A DNA stretch of 64,000 nucleotides. Source: a virus. Under the pieces are notes generated by a model. It saw nothing but the letters and a program-made list of their open reading frames with translations, had not been told where the DNA came from and searched no databases. The translations under genes and the position numbers were made by a program. Positions 63,726 through 64,000 of the stretch are shown here, piece after piece. The first letter of the stretch is position 1. The number at the start of each line of letters is the position of its first letter. The stretch lies in IMG/VR virus record IMGVR_UViG_3300032288_003288; one strand, 5' to 3'.

Positions 63726-63999
63726 TGCTACCGACCGCTTGAATATTGATTATAGTCTCTGTAGCGCCTTGTTGATTCGTATTGACGATGTTACCAGAAC
63801 CCGTAAAGTTCGTATACAACGAATGTCCAAAAGTACCTCCTAGTCCAGTCTGTGTAACGTTGAAGATGTTCTGATCTCCTGTCACTAAGACAGTCTGAGT
63901 GGCATTAGGACTATCAACGTCCAAGTAGAACTCGTTGTTGTTACCGTTGACATCCATTGAATTGCGAATGTTTTCTCCGTTACCAAGAAACTCAAAACG
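63694..63999 (-). CDS. Curlin-like beta-solenoid repeat protein, C-terminal part (runs off window)
   Basis: Frame open to the edge (RFEFLGNGENIRNSMDVNGNNNEF...); repeats V.G..N...V.Q (TGDQNIFNVTQTG, TGSGNIVNTNQQG, VGSNGTYNIT). Confidence 0.7.
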   Translation of the reverse strand, partial: RFEFLGNGENIRNSMDVNGNNNEFYLDVDSPNATQTVLVTGDQNIFNVTQTGLGGTFGHSLYTNFTGSGNIVNTNQQGATETIINIQAVGSNGTYNITTVN

Positions 64000-64000
64000 A

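Noticed and set aside
1-64000. Stop-codon reassignment
   Set aside because: Core genes are full length in code 11, all three stops terminate genes, and no suppressor tRNA is present

Overview
A 64-kb segment of a large T4-like (myovirus-type) dsDNA phage genome, almost all on the minus strand, standard genetic code. It holds the T4 core replication and nucleotide genes (gp32, gp59, gp33, RNase H, nrdA/nrdB, thyX, gp61, gp41, uvsX, gp43, dCMP deaminase) and a block of internal-head/virion genes. Lysis genes include a nested Rz/Rz1 spanin pair, an M15+GH19 endolysin, a SleB-like hydrolase and holin candidates. Auxiliary genes include phoH, speD, gmhA/hddA/glycosyltransferase, dps, peroxiredoxin, hsp20 and an outer-membrane beta-barrel. 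A CHASE2 adenylate cyclase / FecR / curlin-like signalling operon runs off the right edge. The window is rich in RNA genes: a two-piece (permuted) tmRNA, tRNA-Leu(TAA), tRNA-Asn(GTT), a ~470-nt GOLLD-like structured RNA, two further unexplained structured RNAs and a ROSE-like thermometer. The permuted tmRNA, ROSE element and porin point to an alphaproteobacterial host (inference). All calls come from motif recognition by eye; no database searches or folding programs were run.
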